Shown here one piece after another: positions 16,232 through 25,592 of a stretch of DNA of 32,000 nucleotides. This DNA comes from Cereibacter sphaeroides 2.4.1 (lineage in GTDB: Bacteria; Pseudomonadota; Alphaproteobacteria; Rhodobacterales; Rhodobacteraceae): positions 32,968-64,967 of the forward strand of contig NC_009007.1 in assembly GCF_000012905.2 (NCBI RefSeq). The letters run 5' to 3'. Position 1 is the first letter of the stretch. Each line of letters starts with the position of its first letter. The notes beneath the pieces were generated by a model. The model was not told the DNA's origin, searched no databases, and was given only the letters and a program-made list of their open reading frames with translations. Both the position numbers and the translations under genes were made by a program.

Positions 16232-16635
16232 GCGGCCTCGTCCTCCGGCTCGGGCCGGGCGAACGGGTGATGATCAACGGCGCGGTGATCGAGAACGGCG
16301 ACCGCCGCTCGCGGATCACGGTCATGACGCCCAATTCCGTCATCCTGCGCCAGCGCGACGCGATCCGCCCCGAAGAGGCCAACACGCCGGTCCGGCGGAT
16401 CTGCTACATGGCCCAGCTCGTCCTGTCGGGCGATGCGACCTTCGAGGACATGAAGCCGCAACTGCTGCGCGGGATCGAGCAGCTGAGCCAGGTCCTGACC
16501 GATCCCGACAGCCGCGCCCAGCTCGGCGTGGCGACCGAGGCGGTGCTGGCGGGTCATCACTACCAGATCCTGAAGGCGCTCCGCAGCCTGCTGCCGCGGG
16601 AGGCCCGGCTCTTCGCGGTGGCGGGCGACCGATGA
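16228..16635 (+). CDS. flbT: Flagellar biosynthesis repressor FlbT (135 aa)
   Basis: It starts MSGLVLRLGPGERVMINGAVIENGDRRSRITVMTPNSVILRQRD, which is FlbT-typical. It overlaps the flaF stop as ATGA. Confidence 0.85.
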   Translation: MSGLVLRLGPGERVMINGAVIENGDRRSRITVMTPNSVILRQRDAIRPEEANTPVRRICYMAQLVLSGDATFEDMKPQLLRGIEQLSQVLTDPDSRAQLGVATEAVLAGHHYQILKALRSLLPREARLFAVAGDR

Positions 16636-17420
16636 GCTTCCAGCCGGTCCTGCCTCTGACAGGCTATGCCGGCTGGCGGTTCCTCGGCCGCACGATGGAG
16701 CGTCAGCGCGACAGCCACGACCAGAGCCAGCAGGTCCAGCGGGAGGTCGCCTATTTCGCCGAAAAGATCGGCACGGTCCGCACCCCCGAGGATCTCGTCT
16801 CCGACTATCGGCTGCTCAAGGTGGCGCTCGGCGCCTTCGGGCTGGGGGAGGCCATCAACGGCAAGGCGCTGATCCGCAAGGTCCTGAACGAGGGGGCGGC
16901 CGACAAGGGGGCGCTCGCGAACCGGCTCTCGGACAAGCGCTGGCTGGCCCTCGCCAAGGCCTTCGACTTCGGCGGGGCCTCGGGGGCCGGGACGGGGACG
17001 GCGGGCTTCGCCGACCGGATCGCCGGGCAATATCGCACGCAGAGCTTCGAGGCGGCGATCGGCGAGGTCGACGCCAACCTGGGCCTCGCCCTCACCCTCG
17101 ATCACGAGATGGCGACGCTCGCCTCCGACGACATGAGCGAGGAGGCCAAATGGTTCAGCGTGCTGGGCTCCACCTCGCTCCGGGCGGTGTTCGACGGCGC
17201 CTTCGGCCTGCCCAGAGAATTCGCGGCTCTCGATCTCGACCGCCAGGTCGAGATCTACCAGGACAGGACGGCGCGGATGTTCGGCAGCGGATCGGCCTCG
17301 CAATTCGCCGCGGAGGACAAGCGCGAGACCCTGATCAAGACCTTCCTGATCCGCGCCGATCTGGGCTCCATGGGCCCGGCCCCTCCCGGCCGGATCGCCC
17401 TGACCCTGCTCGGCGGCTGA
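16632..17420 (+). CDS. DUF1217-family flagellar-locus protein (262 aa)
   Basis: It starts MSFQPVLPLTGYAGWRFLGRTMERQRDSHDQSQQVQREVAYFAEKIG and contains DYRLLKVALGAFGL, the pattern of the DUF1217 proteins found next to flaF/flbT in alphaproteobacteria. It overlaps the flbT stop as ATGA. Confidence 0.7.
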   Translation: MSFQPVLPLTGYAGWRFLGRTMERQRDSHDQSQQVQREVAYFAEKIGTVRTPEDLVSDYRLLKVALGAFGLGEAINGKALIRKVLNEGAADKGALANRLSDKRWLALAKAFDFGGASGAGTGTAGFADRIAGQYRTQSFEAAIGEVDANLGLALTLDHEMATLASDDMSEEAKWFSVLGSTSLRAVFDGAFGLPREFAALDLDRQVEIYQDRTARMFGSGSASQFAAEDKRETLIKTFLIRADLGSMGPAPPGRIALTLLGG

Positions 17421-17702
17421 TCCGCCGCCACCCGCGCGGCGGAGGCAGGACCGCGGGATCCGGGGCAGCCTCGCTGCCGGCGGCCAGGCCCCTGCGGATC
17501 GGCCGGTGCGAGCGGAGCAGTAAAGCCTGCCGAGCGGCCCTCGGTCCGGGACGCGCAACAGCGGCCACGTTGAGCCGGCAGCCCCCGGGTGGTGCCGGTC
17601 GGGATAATGACGCCTCGGGGCGCCTGACAGACCCTTATCCGATGGACCCTTCCGGGGATCACGGAAGATCCTGCCGATCAGCGCGCCCACCTCGACATGT
17701 CG

Positions 17703-18731
17703 TCACCCTCCCATGGCGCCGACAGTCTTGCCAGGATCCAGGGAGGCACGATCGCTGCCGGGGAAATGGCAGGCGGCGAACTGGCCAGGGGCTTCAACAG
17801 GCATCAGCGGTGGCGGTGTGGTCCTGCATACCGGTTGCGCCAGCGGGCAGCGGGTGTGGAAGCGGCAGCCGGGCGGCGGATTGGCCGGGCTGGGAAGATC
17901 GCCCTTGATCGCGGCAAAGCGCGTCTTGCCGCGATTGCGCGACGGCGATGCCCGCAGCAGCGCCGCCGTATAGGGATGCGAGGGCGCGTCAAAGATCTGA
18001 TGCTTGCTGCCCATCTCGACCACCTGCCCGAGATACATCACCATCACCCTGTCAGAGATATGCCGGATCACGCCGAGATCGTGGCTGATGAACAGATAGG
18101 TCAGCCCGAGGCTTTGCTTGAGATCCTGCAGCAGATTGAGGATCTGTGCCTGAATCGAGACATCCAGCGCCGAAGCCGCCTCGTCGCAGACGATGAAGCG
18201 CGGGTTCAGCGCCAGGGCGCGGGCGATGCAGATCCGCTGGCGTTGCCCGCCCGAGAACTCATGGGCGAAGCGCGCCGCATGGTAAGGAGCAAGCCCGACC
18301 AGATCTAGCAGCTCATCGAGCCGGGCCTGCCGGGAGGCCGGTGTGCCGACGCCATGGATGACCAGCGGCTCGACAATCAGCTCGCCCACCGTCATGCGCG
18401 GATTCAACGCTCCGAACGGGTCCTGAAAGATGATCTGCATGTTGCGGCGCATGGCGCGCATCCGGGCGGCGTCCAGCCCGCCCAGATCGGTACCGTCGAA
18501 CTCGACCTTCCCCGACGTGGCCTCGAGCAGCCGCAGCACCATGCGGCCGAGCGTGGTCTTGCCGCAGCCGCTTTCACCCACGACACCGAGCGTTTCCCCG
18601 GCCCGCACGTCGAACGAGACCCTGTCGACCGCCCGCACGACCCGGGGCGCCCCGCCGAGCCAGCCGCCTCCCGAGGAGAATTCCTTGCGCAGATCCTGCA
18701 CACGCAGCAGCGGGGGAAGAGGGTCTTGCAT
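17703..18731 (-). CDS. Oligopeptide/dipeptide-type ABC transporter ATP-binding protein, DppF/OppF-like (342 aa)
   Basis: It starts [18 protein letters not shown] and has Walker A GESGCGKTT, the signature FSGGQRQRI, and a C-terminal oligopeptide-ABC Cys motif (PPGCRFHTRCP). The ATG at 18731 overlaps the upstream stop by 1 nt. Confidence 0.88.
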   Translation of the reverse strand: MQDPLPPLLRVQDLRKEFSSGGGWLGGAPRVVRAVDRVSFDVRAGETLGVVGESGCGKTTLGRMVLRLLEATSGKVEFDGTDLGGLDAARMRAMRRNMQIIFQDPFGALNPRMTVGELIVEPLVIHGVGTPASRQARLDELLDLVGLAPYHAARFAHEFSGGQRQRICIARALALNPRFIVCDEAASALDVSIQAQILNLLQDLKQSLGLTYLFISHDLGVIRHISDRVMVMYLGQVVEMGSKHQIFDAPSHPYTAALLRASPSRNRGKTRFAAIKGDLPSPANPPPGCRFHTRCPLAQPVCRTTPPPLMPVEAPGQFAACHFPGSDRASLDPGKTVGAMGG

Positions 18732-19747
18732 CACGGGGCTCCTGCAGGAGTGATCTCGTCCAGCCGCAGGCAGGCGGCGCGATGGTCGGGACCGCATGCC
18801 AGCAGCGCTGGTTGGGCAAGGCGGCAGCCGGCGGCGGCATGGGCACAGCGCGGCTCGAAACGGCAGCCCGGCGGTGGATCGAAAGCCGGCGGCACCGTCC
18901 CGGGGATCGCATAGAGCCGGTCGGTGTCCACCTCGCTGGAGGGGATGGAGGCCAGCAGCCCGCGGGTATAGGGATGGCGCGGCGCATCGAAGACCGCACC
19001 GGCCGGCGCCTCTTCGATCACCCGGCCGGAATACATGATCATCACCCGGTCGGCGAAGGACGAGACGACCCCGAGGTCATGGGTGATCATCACCGTACCC
19101 ATCCGGTACTCTTCCTGCAGATCCTGCAACAACTCGAGGATCTGGGCTTGAATGGTGACATCGAGCGCGGTGGTCGGCTCGTCGGCGATCAGGACCCGCG
19201 GCTGGCAGGCCAGCGCCACGGCAATCATCGCGCGTTGCCGCATGCCGCCCGACATCTGATGCGGATAGTCATCGACACGCTGCGCCGCCGCCGGAATGCC
19301 GACCCGCCCCAGAGCGTCGATGGCACGGGCGCGCGCCACACGGCGACCGACCCCTTCGTGGCGGATCACTGTCTCGATGATCTGCTCGCCCACCGTCAGC
19401 ACCGGATTGAGCGCCGTCATCGGTTCCTGAAAGATCATGGCGATGGCGCTGCCGCGCAGCTGCTCGCAGCGCCGCTCGGTCGCCTGCAACAGATCCTCGC
19501 CCAGAAGGCGCAACCGGCTGGCGGTGATCGCGGCCTCCTTCGGCAGCAGGCGCATGATCGCCAGGGACGAGACGCTCTTGCCGCTGCCGGATTCCCCGAC
19601 CAGCCCGACGACCTCGCCCTCGTTCAGGGTCAACGAGACCTTGTTGATGATCGGCACGCCGCCGATGCTGACCGAGAGATCCGCCACTTCCAGCAGCGGG
19701 GCCGGTCCGGCAGCGGGGGAGGCAGGGGAAGGGGCATGTTGGGTCAT
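18731..19747 (-). CDS. Oligopeptide/dipeptide-type ABC transporter ATP-binding protein, DppD/OppD-like (338 aa)
   Basis: It contains [11 protein letters not shown], Walker [10 protein letters not shown], the signature MSGGMRQRA, and a C-terminal [13 protein letters not shown] motif. Confidence 0.88.
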   Translation of the reverse strand: MTQHAPSPASPAAGPAPLLEVADLSVSIGGVPIINKVSLTLNEGEVVGLVGESGSGKSVSSLAIMRLLPKEAAITASRLRLLGEDLLQATERRCEQLRGSAIAMIFQEPMTALNPVLTVGEQIIETVIRHEGVGRRVARARAIDALGRVGIPAAAQRVDDYPHQMSGGMRQRAMIAVALACQPRVLIADEPTTALDVTIQAQILELLQDLQEEYRMGTVMITHDLGVVSSFADRVMIMYSGRVIEEAPAGAVFDAPRHPYTRGLLASIPSSEVDTDRLYAIPGTVPPAFDPPPGCRFEPRCAHAAAGCRLAQPALLACGPDHRAACLRLDEITPAGAP

Positions 19748-19754
19748 GGGCTTG

Positions 19755-19774
19755 ATCGTATACGATTATACGAT
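19755..19774 (+). promoter_or_regulatory. Operator-like site S1 (GntR/FadR-type), between the enolase-family gene and the ATPase genes
   Basis: ATCGTATACGATTATACGAT contains the perfect 12-bp palindrome ATCGTATACGAT. It matches S2 and S3 at 17 of 20 positions shared by all three sites. Confidence 0.6.
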
Positions 19775-19796
19775 TCTTACAAGGAATTTTCTCGGT

Positions 19797-20972
19797 TCAA
19801 AGCTGCGGCGTGCGGTAGATCAGCTGTCCGCCGATGCGGATCTCGGTCTCGACCAGGTAGCGGCGCAGCGCGGACGCAGCCACCTGCAGCCCCAGCCCCG
19901 GTGCTTCCGGAGCCCGGATCAACCCCTCGGCATCGGGCCGGATGTGATCGCCGGTGATATCGAGCGCCAGTTGCTGCGGGGCGGCGGGATATTCGCAGAT
20001 GCGGTCGGCCTCGAGCCCGGCAAAGGGCTGCAACGAGGCGGAGAGCGCCAGATGCGAGGTGAAGGTATGGTTGACATAGGTGATGCCGCGCGCCTGCGCC
20101 GCATCGGCCACCCGCTTCGCCGGACCGAGCCCTCCGATGCGGCCGCAGTCGATCTGGATGAAGCCGATACGGCCGTAATCCATCAGATGCTGCGCCATAT
20201 GGAAGTTGTGCGCCGCCTCGCCGCCGGCGATGCGGACACGGGCACCGCGCCCGGCCAGAGCGGCATGGGCGGCCAGCGCGCCCGCATCGAACGGCTCTTC
20301 GAGCCAGAGCACCCCGGCGGCATCGAGCGTCGGCAGGCGCGCAGCGGCAGCCTCGACATCCTCTCCGAAGATCTGGCCGACATCGACCATCAGGTCCCCG
20401 TCCGGGCCCAGCCCTTCGCGCGCGGCCATGATCTGATCGGCGTCCGCCGCCACAGTGCCGCGCCCGATCGGACCCCAGCCGAATTTGACGGCTGCAAAGC
20501 CATCGCGCCGCGCGGCGCGGGCCCGCTCGAGTGTCTCCTGCGGCGTATCGCCGAACAGCAGCGAGGCGTAGGGCCTCTTGCCATGGCTGGCGCTGTAGCC
20601 CAGCAGGGCCCATGCCGGGGCCGAGAGCCTGCGGCCCAGCAGATCCCACAGCGCCATCTCGATCCCCGACAGCATATGCGGCGCCTGCAGCAGGTCCATC
20701 GAGTTATAGCCGACCAGCGCCGCAATGCGGGCGATATCGTCCGGCCCGTCCAGCCGCTGACCGAGCACGGAGTCCGAGACCGGACGGCAGACACCGTGCG
20801 ATTTCGGACAGACGAAGGCGGCGATCGAGGGCAGCGGCGCCGCTTCGCACTCGCCCCAGCCGATATGTCCGCCGGCCGCCACCCGGACCAGCAGCGCATC
20901 CTGACTGCCATCGGCGGCATCGGTCACCTCGGGCATCGACAGATAGAAAAGGTCGACGGCATCGATCTTCAT
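19797..20972 (-). CDS. Enolase-superfamily enzyme, mandelate racemase subgroup (probable acid-sugar/hydroxy-acid dehydratase or racemase; 391 aa)
   Basis: The barrel motifs are AAVKFGWGP, LMVDVGQ (metal Asp), WLEEPF (Glu), IAGGEA (Glu), IQIDCGRIGG (Asp of the dyad) and NHTF (His). It starts 1 nt after the stop of the upstream M81 gene. Confidence 0.8.
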   Translation of the reverse strand: MKIDAVDLFYLSMPEVTDAADGSQDALLVRVAAGGHIGWGECEAAPLPSIAAFVCPKSHGVCRPVSDSVLGQRLDGPDDIARIAALVGYNSMDLLQAPHMLSGIEMALWDLLGRRLSAPAWALLGYSASHGKRPYASLLFGDTPQETLERARAARRDGFAAVKFGWGPIGRGTVAADADQIMAAREGLGPDGDLMVDVGQIFGEDVEAAAARLPTLDAAGVLWLEEPFDAGALAAHAALAGRGARVRIAGGEAAHNFHMAQHLMDYGRIGFIQIDCGRIGGLGPAKRVADAAQARGITYVNHTFTSHLALSASLQPFAGLEADRICEYPAAPQQLALDITGDHIRPDAEGLIRAPEAPGLGLQVAASALRRYLVETEIRIGGQLIYRTPQL

Positions 20973-20973
20973 G

Positions 20974-22470
20974 TCAGCTCCGGTCTGCGCGCAGATGGGC
21001 CGTCGCGCGCGGGGTGAAATCGGTCAGGGGATCGAGCGGGAACATCGGCCGGGCGCAGATCCGGTGCCCGAGGCTGGCCAGATCCGCCGAGGTCGATCCC
21101 GGCGTGTCGATGTTGAAGTTGCGGGTGACCCAGGCGTCATACATGTGGTGTTCGGTATGGGGCGACTTGACCACGATCAGGTCGAAATCGGCCGGATCCA
21201 GCCCGTTGGCGTAGTAGATCGCCCGGTCGAAGAGCATGGCGGGCAGGCTCATCGCGACGACGGTGACGGTGCCGAATTCGAGCACGGCGCAGCGCCCGGC
21301 GTTCAGCGGTGTCTTCATGGTCTCGAGCCGGGTCAGGCCGTCCGACAGGAGCCGCACCCGCGCAGTGACCTCCAGCGGCGTGAAACGCGCAGGATCCATC
21401 CGCCCGCCGAGCGTGACCGGGATCTCGGCCCCCACCCCGGCCCTGTGGGCGGCCTCGGCGGCCTGCGGATCGACGATCTGCGCCAGCACCCGACCCGGAT
21501 AGTCCGCAGCCAGCAGCCCGCGCAGGATGGCATTCGAATCGCCGCTCGCCCCCGAGGAGGTCGCGTCGGCTGCATCGGTGAACACGACCGGGCCGGTCAG
21601 TGTCCGCGCTTCGGCAACGGCGTCGGAAAGACCGATCAGACGGCCCTGCATGCGATGGCGCAGGGCCCAGAATGCCGCGGCCAGCCGCTCGGCCTCGGCC
21701 CGGCCCCGCAGAGGGTCATCCGTGGTGAGGACGACCTGAGAGCAGAGTTCCGGCGCATCGGTGAAGGGATTGCCGATCATCAGGCCGGCCGCCAGCACCA
21801 TGCCATCGGCTTCGAGACGCCGGCATTCGCGGATCAGGTCGCCGTAGCAGCCGGTCGCGGTGATCAGTTCGTCGCCGCGCACCAGCGCCGGGATCACCGC
21901 CCGGACGATGCTGGCGGGGCGGCGGGCTGTCAGCCGGTCCAGCAGAAGCCGCGCCGCACGCGCGCCGGTATCGGCGAAATCGACATGCGGATAGGTGTGA
22001 TAGACGGCGATGCCATCCACCTGTGCAATCATCCGCTCGGTCAGGATGCCGTGCAGATCGAGCGAGATGATGATCGGCCGATCCGGTCCGGCAAGCGCGC
22101 GGATCTGCGCGAGCAGCCAGCCCTCCGGATCGGGCTCACCCACTGCCCCCATGGCCCCGTGCAAGCTGACATAGATGGCGTCCGCGCCGCCCACCCCCGC
22201 CCGCACCCGGTCGAGGATCTGCGCCGACAGCCGCGCCCAGCCCTCGGCCGACAGGATGCCGGCACTGTCGGCGCGGGCGGCAACGGTCGGGATCAGCGTG
22301 ACGCCGGGCGTGGCCTCGAGCACCGAGAGCGCGCCGCCGATGGCGGTGTTGCGGCCGCGATGCTGGAAGAGATCCTCCCCCTCCTCGATATGGAACAGCT
22401 CATAGTCGGACGGCACCGGATTGAAGGAGGAAATCTCCTGCATGCATTCGACGATCAGGATGGCGGGCAT
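20974..22470 (-). CDS. M81-family metallopeptidase (MlrC-like, microcystinase C family; 498 aa)
   Basis: It starts MPAILIVECMQEISSFNPVPS and contains ADAIYVSLHGAM, ISLDLHG and HTYPHVD, which are N-terminal MlrC family motifs. This is the 3' part of the 635-aa track ORF. A GGAG SD lies 17 nt after the upstream stop. Confidence 0.75.
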   Translation of the reverse strand: MPAILIVECMQEISSFNPVPSDYELFHIEEGEDLFQHRGRNTAIGGALSVLEATPGVTLIPTVAARADSAGILSAEGWARLSAQILDRVRAGVGGADAIYVSLHGAMGAVGEPDPEGWLLAQIRALAGPDRPIIISLDLHGILTERMIAQVDGIAVYHTYPHVDFADTGARAARLLLDRLTARRPASIVRAVIPALVRGDELITATGCYGDLIRECRRLEADGMVLAAGLMIGNPFTDAPELCSQVVLTTDDPLRGRAEAERLAAAFWALRHRMQGRLIGLSDAVAEARTLTGPVVFTDAADATSSGASGDSNAILRGLLAADYPGRVLAQIVDPQAAEAAHRAGVGAEIPVTLGGRMDPARFTPLEVTARVRLLSDGLTRLETMKTPLNAGRCAVLEFGTVTVVAMSLPAMLFDRAIYYANGLDPADFDLIVVKSPHTEHHMYDAWVTRNFNIDTPGSTSADLASLGHRICARPMFPLDPLTDFTPRATAHLRADRS

Positions 22471-22487
22471 GGCGGCGCTCCGGTGAT

Positions 22488-23528
22488 TCAGTGTTGGGGC
22501 CAGGTGTCGTTGTAGTCTTCCATCACCACCGCGACGGCATCGCCCCGGGTGACACGGCCGGGGCCGGCTCCGAACCAGACGATCCCGTCGCGCCGATAGA
22601 GAAGTTCGAGCGGGGCGGTATCGACATCCTCGACGAAGTGGATCCAGCCGGCGGTCTCGCCCGTCCGGACCTCTTCGCCCACATAATGCGTCGGCTCGAA
22701 GAGGCCTGTGCGCGGGGCCATGACATAGGCATCCGCCTCGCGCACCATCATGTGCCGGGTGCCGGCCGCGCCCCCGCGCTGCGCCGTCTCGGGCGTGCCC
22801 TCGATGACGCCCATGTGCTTCAGGACATTGAGGATACCGCGCTTGCCGATCCGCACGCCCTCGATGTTCACCCGGCCCCATCCGCCCAGTTCGGTGCCGA
22901 GCGAGACGATGCCGCGCCTTTCGACGCAGGAGGTGAAGGTCGAGCCCTCGTCCACACCGCCGAAAACGACATTGTGCGGCGCACCGAAGGCTTCGGCGGC
23001 AGCCAGTGTCCGGGCCCGCAGCGCCGGATCCGCAAGGTAGTGCATGTTGGTCGAGGGGGTCGAGTCGTAGGAATGCCCCGCCGTGTGCATGTCGACCGAG
23101 ATATCGGCCATCGGCAGGATCACCGAGTCCAGAAAATGCGCCAGCATCTGGCTGAACGTGCCCCGGGGATCGCCCGGGAAGCAGCGGTTGATGTCCCGGC
23201 CGTCGACGGGCGAAAGGCGGGTGTCCGACTGGATCGCCGGCATGTTCACCGCCGGCAACATGATGACGCGGCCCTGCACCTCTTCGGGACGCAGGCGGCG
23301 GGCAAGGTCGGAAATCGCGATCTGACCTTCATATTCATCGCCATGCACGCCGCCTGTCAGCAGCACCGTCGGACCGCTGCCGTTCTTCACCACGGTGATC
23401 GGGATCTCGACCGTGCCCCAGCCGGAATTGTTGCGAGACAGCGGCGCGCGGGCGTAGCCGGCCTGCCGCCCGTCCCTGTCGAAGTCGATGTCACAGGCAA
23501 TCCGGCTCTTCGCCTCAGAGTTGGCCAT
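22488..23528 (-). CDS. Succinylglutamate desuccinylase/aspartoacylase (AstE/AspA, M14-like) family deacylase (346 aa)
   Basis: It starts MANSEAKSRIACDIDFDRDGRQAGYARAP and contains TVLLTGGVHGDEYEG, a zinc-binding HxxE motif, plus DINRCFPG and VDMHT. A strong GGGAGGGA SD is present. This is the 3' end of the 1145-aa track ORF. Confidence 0.8.
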   Translation of the reverse strand: MANSEAKSRIACDIDFDRDGRQAGYARAPLSRNNSGWGTVEIPITVVKNGSGPTVLLTGGVHGDEYEGQIAISDLARRLRPEEVQGRVIMLPAVNMPAIQSDTRLSPVDGRDINRCFPGDPRGTFSQMLAHFLDSVILPMADISVDMHTAGHSYDSTPSTNMHYLADPALRARTLAAAEAFGAPHNVVFGGVDEGSTFTSCVERRGIVSLGTELGGWGRVNIEGVRIGKRGILNVLKHMGVIEGTPETAQRGGAAGTRHMMVREADAYVMAPRTGLFEPTHYVGEEVRTGETAGWIHFVEDVDTAPLELLYRRDGIVWFGAGPGRVTRGDAVAVVMEDYNDTWPQH

Positions 23529-23559
23529 CGGTCCCTCCCAAACTCTCTTGTTTCGCAAG

Positions 23560-23579
23560 ATTGTATACGATAATACGGT
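23560..23579 (+). promoter_or_regulatory. Operator-like site S2 in the divergent promoter region between the deacylase operon and the enolase2 operon
   Basis: ATTGTATACGATAATACGGT lies 32 nt from the minus-strand ATG at 23528 and 55 nt from the plus-strand ATG at 23634. Confidence 0.6.
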
Positions 23580-23633
23580 TGTCAAGGCAGCCGCCGCCCT
23601 CGATCCAGATTTCCGCGCAAGAGGTTTTTGCAG

Positions 23634-24815
23634 ATGACATCCACCGCCTTCGCCCCGCGCAGCCTTGCGCCGGCCCGCATCACTGCCGTGCGCGTCGCCC
23701 CCCTGCTGGGCGAGAGTCCGCAGGGCGGGTGGAGCCATGAGATCAAGGCGGACGACAGCGTGCATGCGCTGATCGCACTGCACACGGATGCCGGCATCTC
23801 GGGCTATGGCAGCGTCTTCACCAATGGCGCGCTGGTACAGGCGGCGGCGGATGTTCTGACACCGCTGCTGCTGGGCGAGAATGCGCTGGAACCCGACCGC
23901 ATCGCCGAGAAACTGCACCAGAACACCTTCTGGATGGGGCGCGGTGGCTCGATCACCCACACGATCAGCGGCATCGATATCGCCATGTGGGACATCCTTG
24001 GCCAGGCCACCGGCCTGTCGGTGGGGCGGCTCCTGGGCGGGCGGCACCGCGACCGGGTGCAGCCCTATTGCTCGCTGCTGATGGACATGCCCGAGCGGAT
24101 GGAAGCGGTGATCGCCCCGCACCGCGCGGCGGGGTTCCGCGCCTTCAAGATCGGCTGGGGGCCGTTCGGCCGGCGCGGCGATGCCGGACTCGACCGCGCC
24201 ATCATCGACGCGGCCCGCACCGCGGTCGGTACGGATGCCCAGCTTCTTGTCGATGCCGGGGCCTCGGATGCCTATTGGCCGAACGGTCTGAAATGGGCGA
24301 TGAACACCGCCGCCATGCTGGCCGACTACGATGTCGGCTGGTTCGAGGAAGCGCTGCCGCCCGATGCGATCGAGGATTTCATCGCCTTGCGTCGTATGAG
24401 CCCGGTGCCGATCGCCGGCGGCGAGGTGCTGACGCGGCGCCAGAGCTTCGCCCCCTGGCTGGTGCGCGGCGCCTTCGACATCGTGCAGCCCGATGTGACG
24501 AAGGTCGGCGGCATCAGCGAGCAGCGCCGCATCGCTTGGATGGCGCGCGATTTCGGCATCCGCTACGTGGGCCACGGCTGGAACACCGCCTTCGGTCTGG
24601 CGGCCGATCTGCAGCTGGCCGCCGCCATGCCCGACTGCACGCTGGTCGAATATATCGGCGGCTCGGCCTATGTCGACCGGCTGACCACACGCCCCTTCGC
24701 CCTCGATGCCGAGGGCATGCTGGCGATCCCCGATCTGCCCGGCCTCGGCGTCAGCCCCGATCCGGCACTGCTGGCGCGCTATACGCCCGACCCGGAGAAA
24801 TTCTTCAGCGCCTGA
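23634..24815 (+). CDS. Second enolase-superfamily enzyme, mandelate racemase subgroup (393 aa)
   Basis: Motifs are RAFKIGWGPFG, LLVDAGA, WFEEAL, IAGGEV, VQPDVTKVGG and GHGWN. It is clearly a paralogue-type relative of the gene at 19797-20972, but divergent from it. The ATG at 23634 has a GAGG SD; the track start at 23628 is a TTG. Confidence 0.8.
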   Translation: MTSTAFAPRSLAPARITAVRVAPLLGESPQGGWSHEIKADDSVHALIALHTDAGISGYGSVFTNGALVQAAADVLTPLLLGENALEPDRIAEKLHQNTFWMGRGGSITHTISGIDIAMWDILGQATGLSVGRLLGGRHRDRVQPYCSLLMDMPERMEAVIAPHRAAGFRAFKIGWGPFGRRGDAGLDRAIIDAARTAVGTDAQLLVDAGASDAYWPNGLKWAMNTAAMLADYDVGWFEEALPPDAIEDFIALRRMSPVPIAGGEVLTRRQSFAPWLVRGAFDIVQPDVTKVGGISEQRRIAWMARDFGIRYVGHGWNTAFGLAADLQLAAAMPDCTLVEYIGGSAYVDRLTTRPFALDAEGMLAIPDLPGLGVSPDPALLARYTPDPEKFFSA

Positions 24816-24836
24816 ACAGGCAAAGGGAGGACGACG

Positions 24837-25583
24837 ATGAACCAGATCGATCTGGCCGGCCGCGTGGCCGTGGTGACGGGCGGCGCGCAGGGGATCGGGC
24901 GCGCCGTGGCCGAGCGGCTGATCGCCTCGGGGGCGCGGGTCTGCCTGTGGGACCGCGACGCCGGGCGGGCCGCGGCGACGGCGGCCGAACTGGGCGGGAA
25001 CAGCTTCTTTCAGGTGGTGGATCAGGTGGATTTCACGGCGGTAAAGGCCGCCGCCGACGCCACCGAAGCCACGGGCGGCCGGATCGACATCCTGATCGCC
25101 AACGCGGGCATCGCCGGCAGCAATGCGCCGGTCGCCGACTACCCGGTCGAGGAATGGCACCGCATCATCGATATCAACCTGAACGGTGTCTTCCATTGCT
25201 GCAAGGCGGTGGTGCCCGGCATGAAGGCCCACGGATACGGGCGCATCGTCACGGTCGCCTCGATCGCCGGCAAGGAAGGCAATCCCAATGCGGCCGCCTA
25301 TTCGGCCTCGAAGGCCGGGGTCATCGCTTTGACCAAATCGCTGGGCAAGGAGGTCGCCGGCCAGGATATCGCCGTCAATTGCGTGACCCCGGCCGCCGCC
25401 CGCACGCAGATCTTCGACCAGATGGCGCAGAGCCACATCGACTACATGCTGTCGCGCATCCCGCGCGGCCGCTTTCTGGATCTGGACGAGGCCGCGGCGA
25501 TGATCGCGTGGCTGGCCAGTGCCGAGAACAGCTTTACCACCGGTGCCGTCTTCGATCTCTCCGGCGGCCGGGCCACCTATTGA
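24837..25583 (+). CDS. Short-chain dehydrogenase/reductase (SDR), FabG-like (248 aa)
   Basis: It has TGGAQGIGRA (the Rossmann TGxxxGIG motif), NAGI, and a YSASKAG catalytic Tyr-xxx-Lys. An AAGGGAGGA SD is present. Confidence 0.88.
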   Translation: MNQIDLAGRVAVVTGGAQGIGRAVAERLIASGARVCLWDRDAGRAAATAAELGGNSFFQVVDQVDFTAVKAAADATEATGGRIDILIANAGIAGSNAPVADYPVEEWHRIIDINLNGVFHCCKAVVPGMKAHGYGRIVTVASIAGKEGNPNAAAYSASKAGVIALTKSLGKEVAGQDIAVNCVTPAAARTQIFDQMAQSHIDYMLSRIPRGRFLDLDEAAAMIAWLASAENSFTTGAVFDLSGGRATY

Positions 25584-25592
25584 GAGAGTGAC

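Noticed and set aside
17421-17702. Possible gene remnant or mobile-element scar at the left island border
   Set aside because: No frame gives protein-like sequence, and no transposase or integrase fragments or terminal repeats are visible. I see only a hairpin right after the DUF1217 stop (CCGCCGC...GCGGCGG, about 17424-17444).
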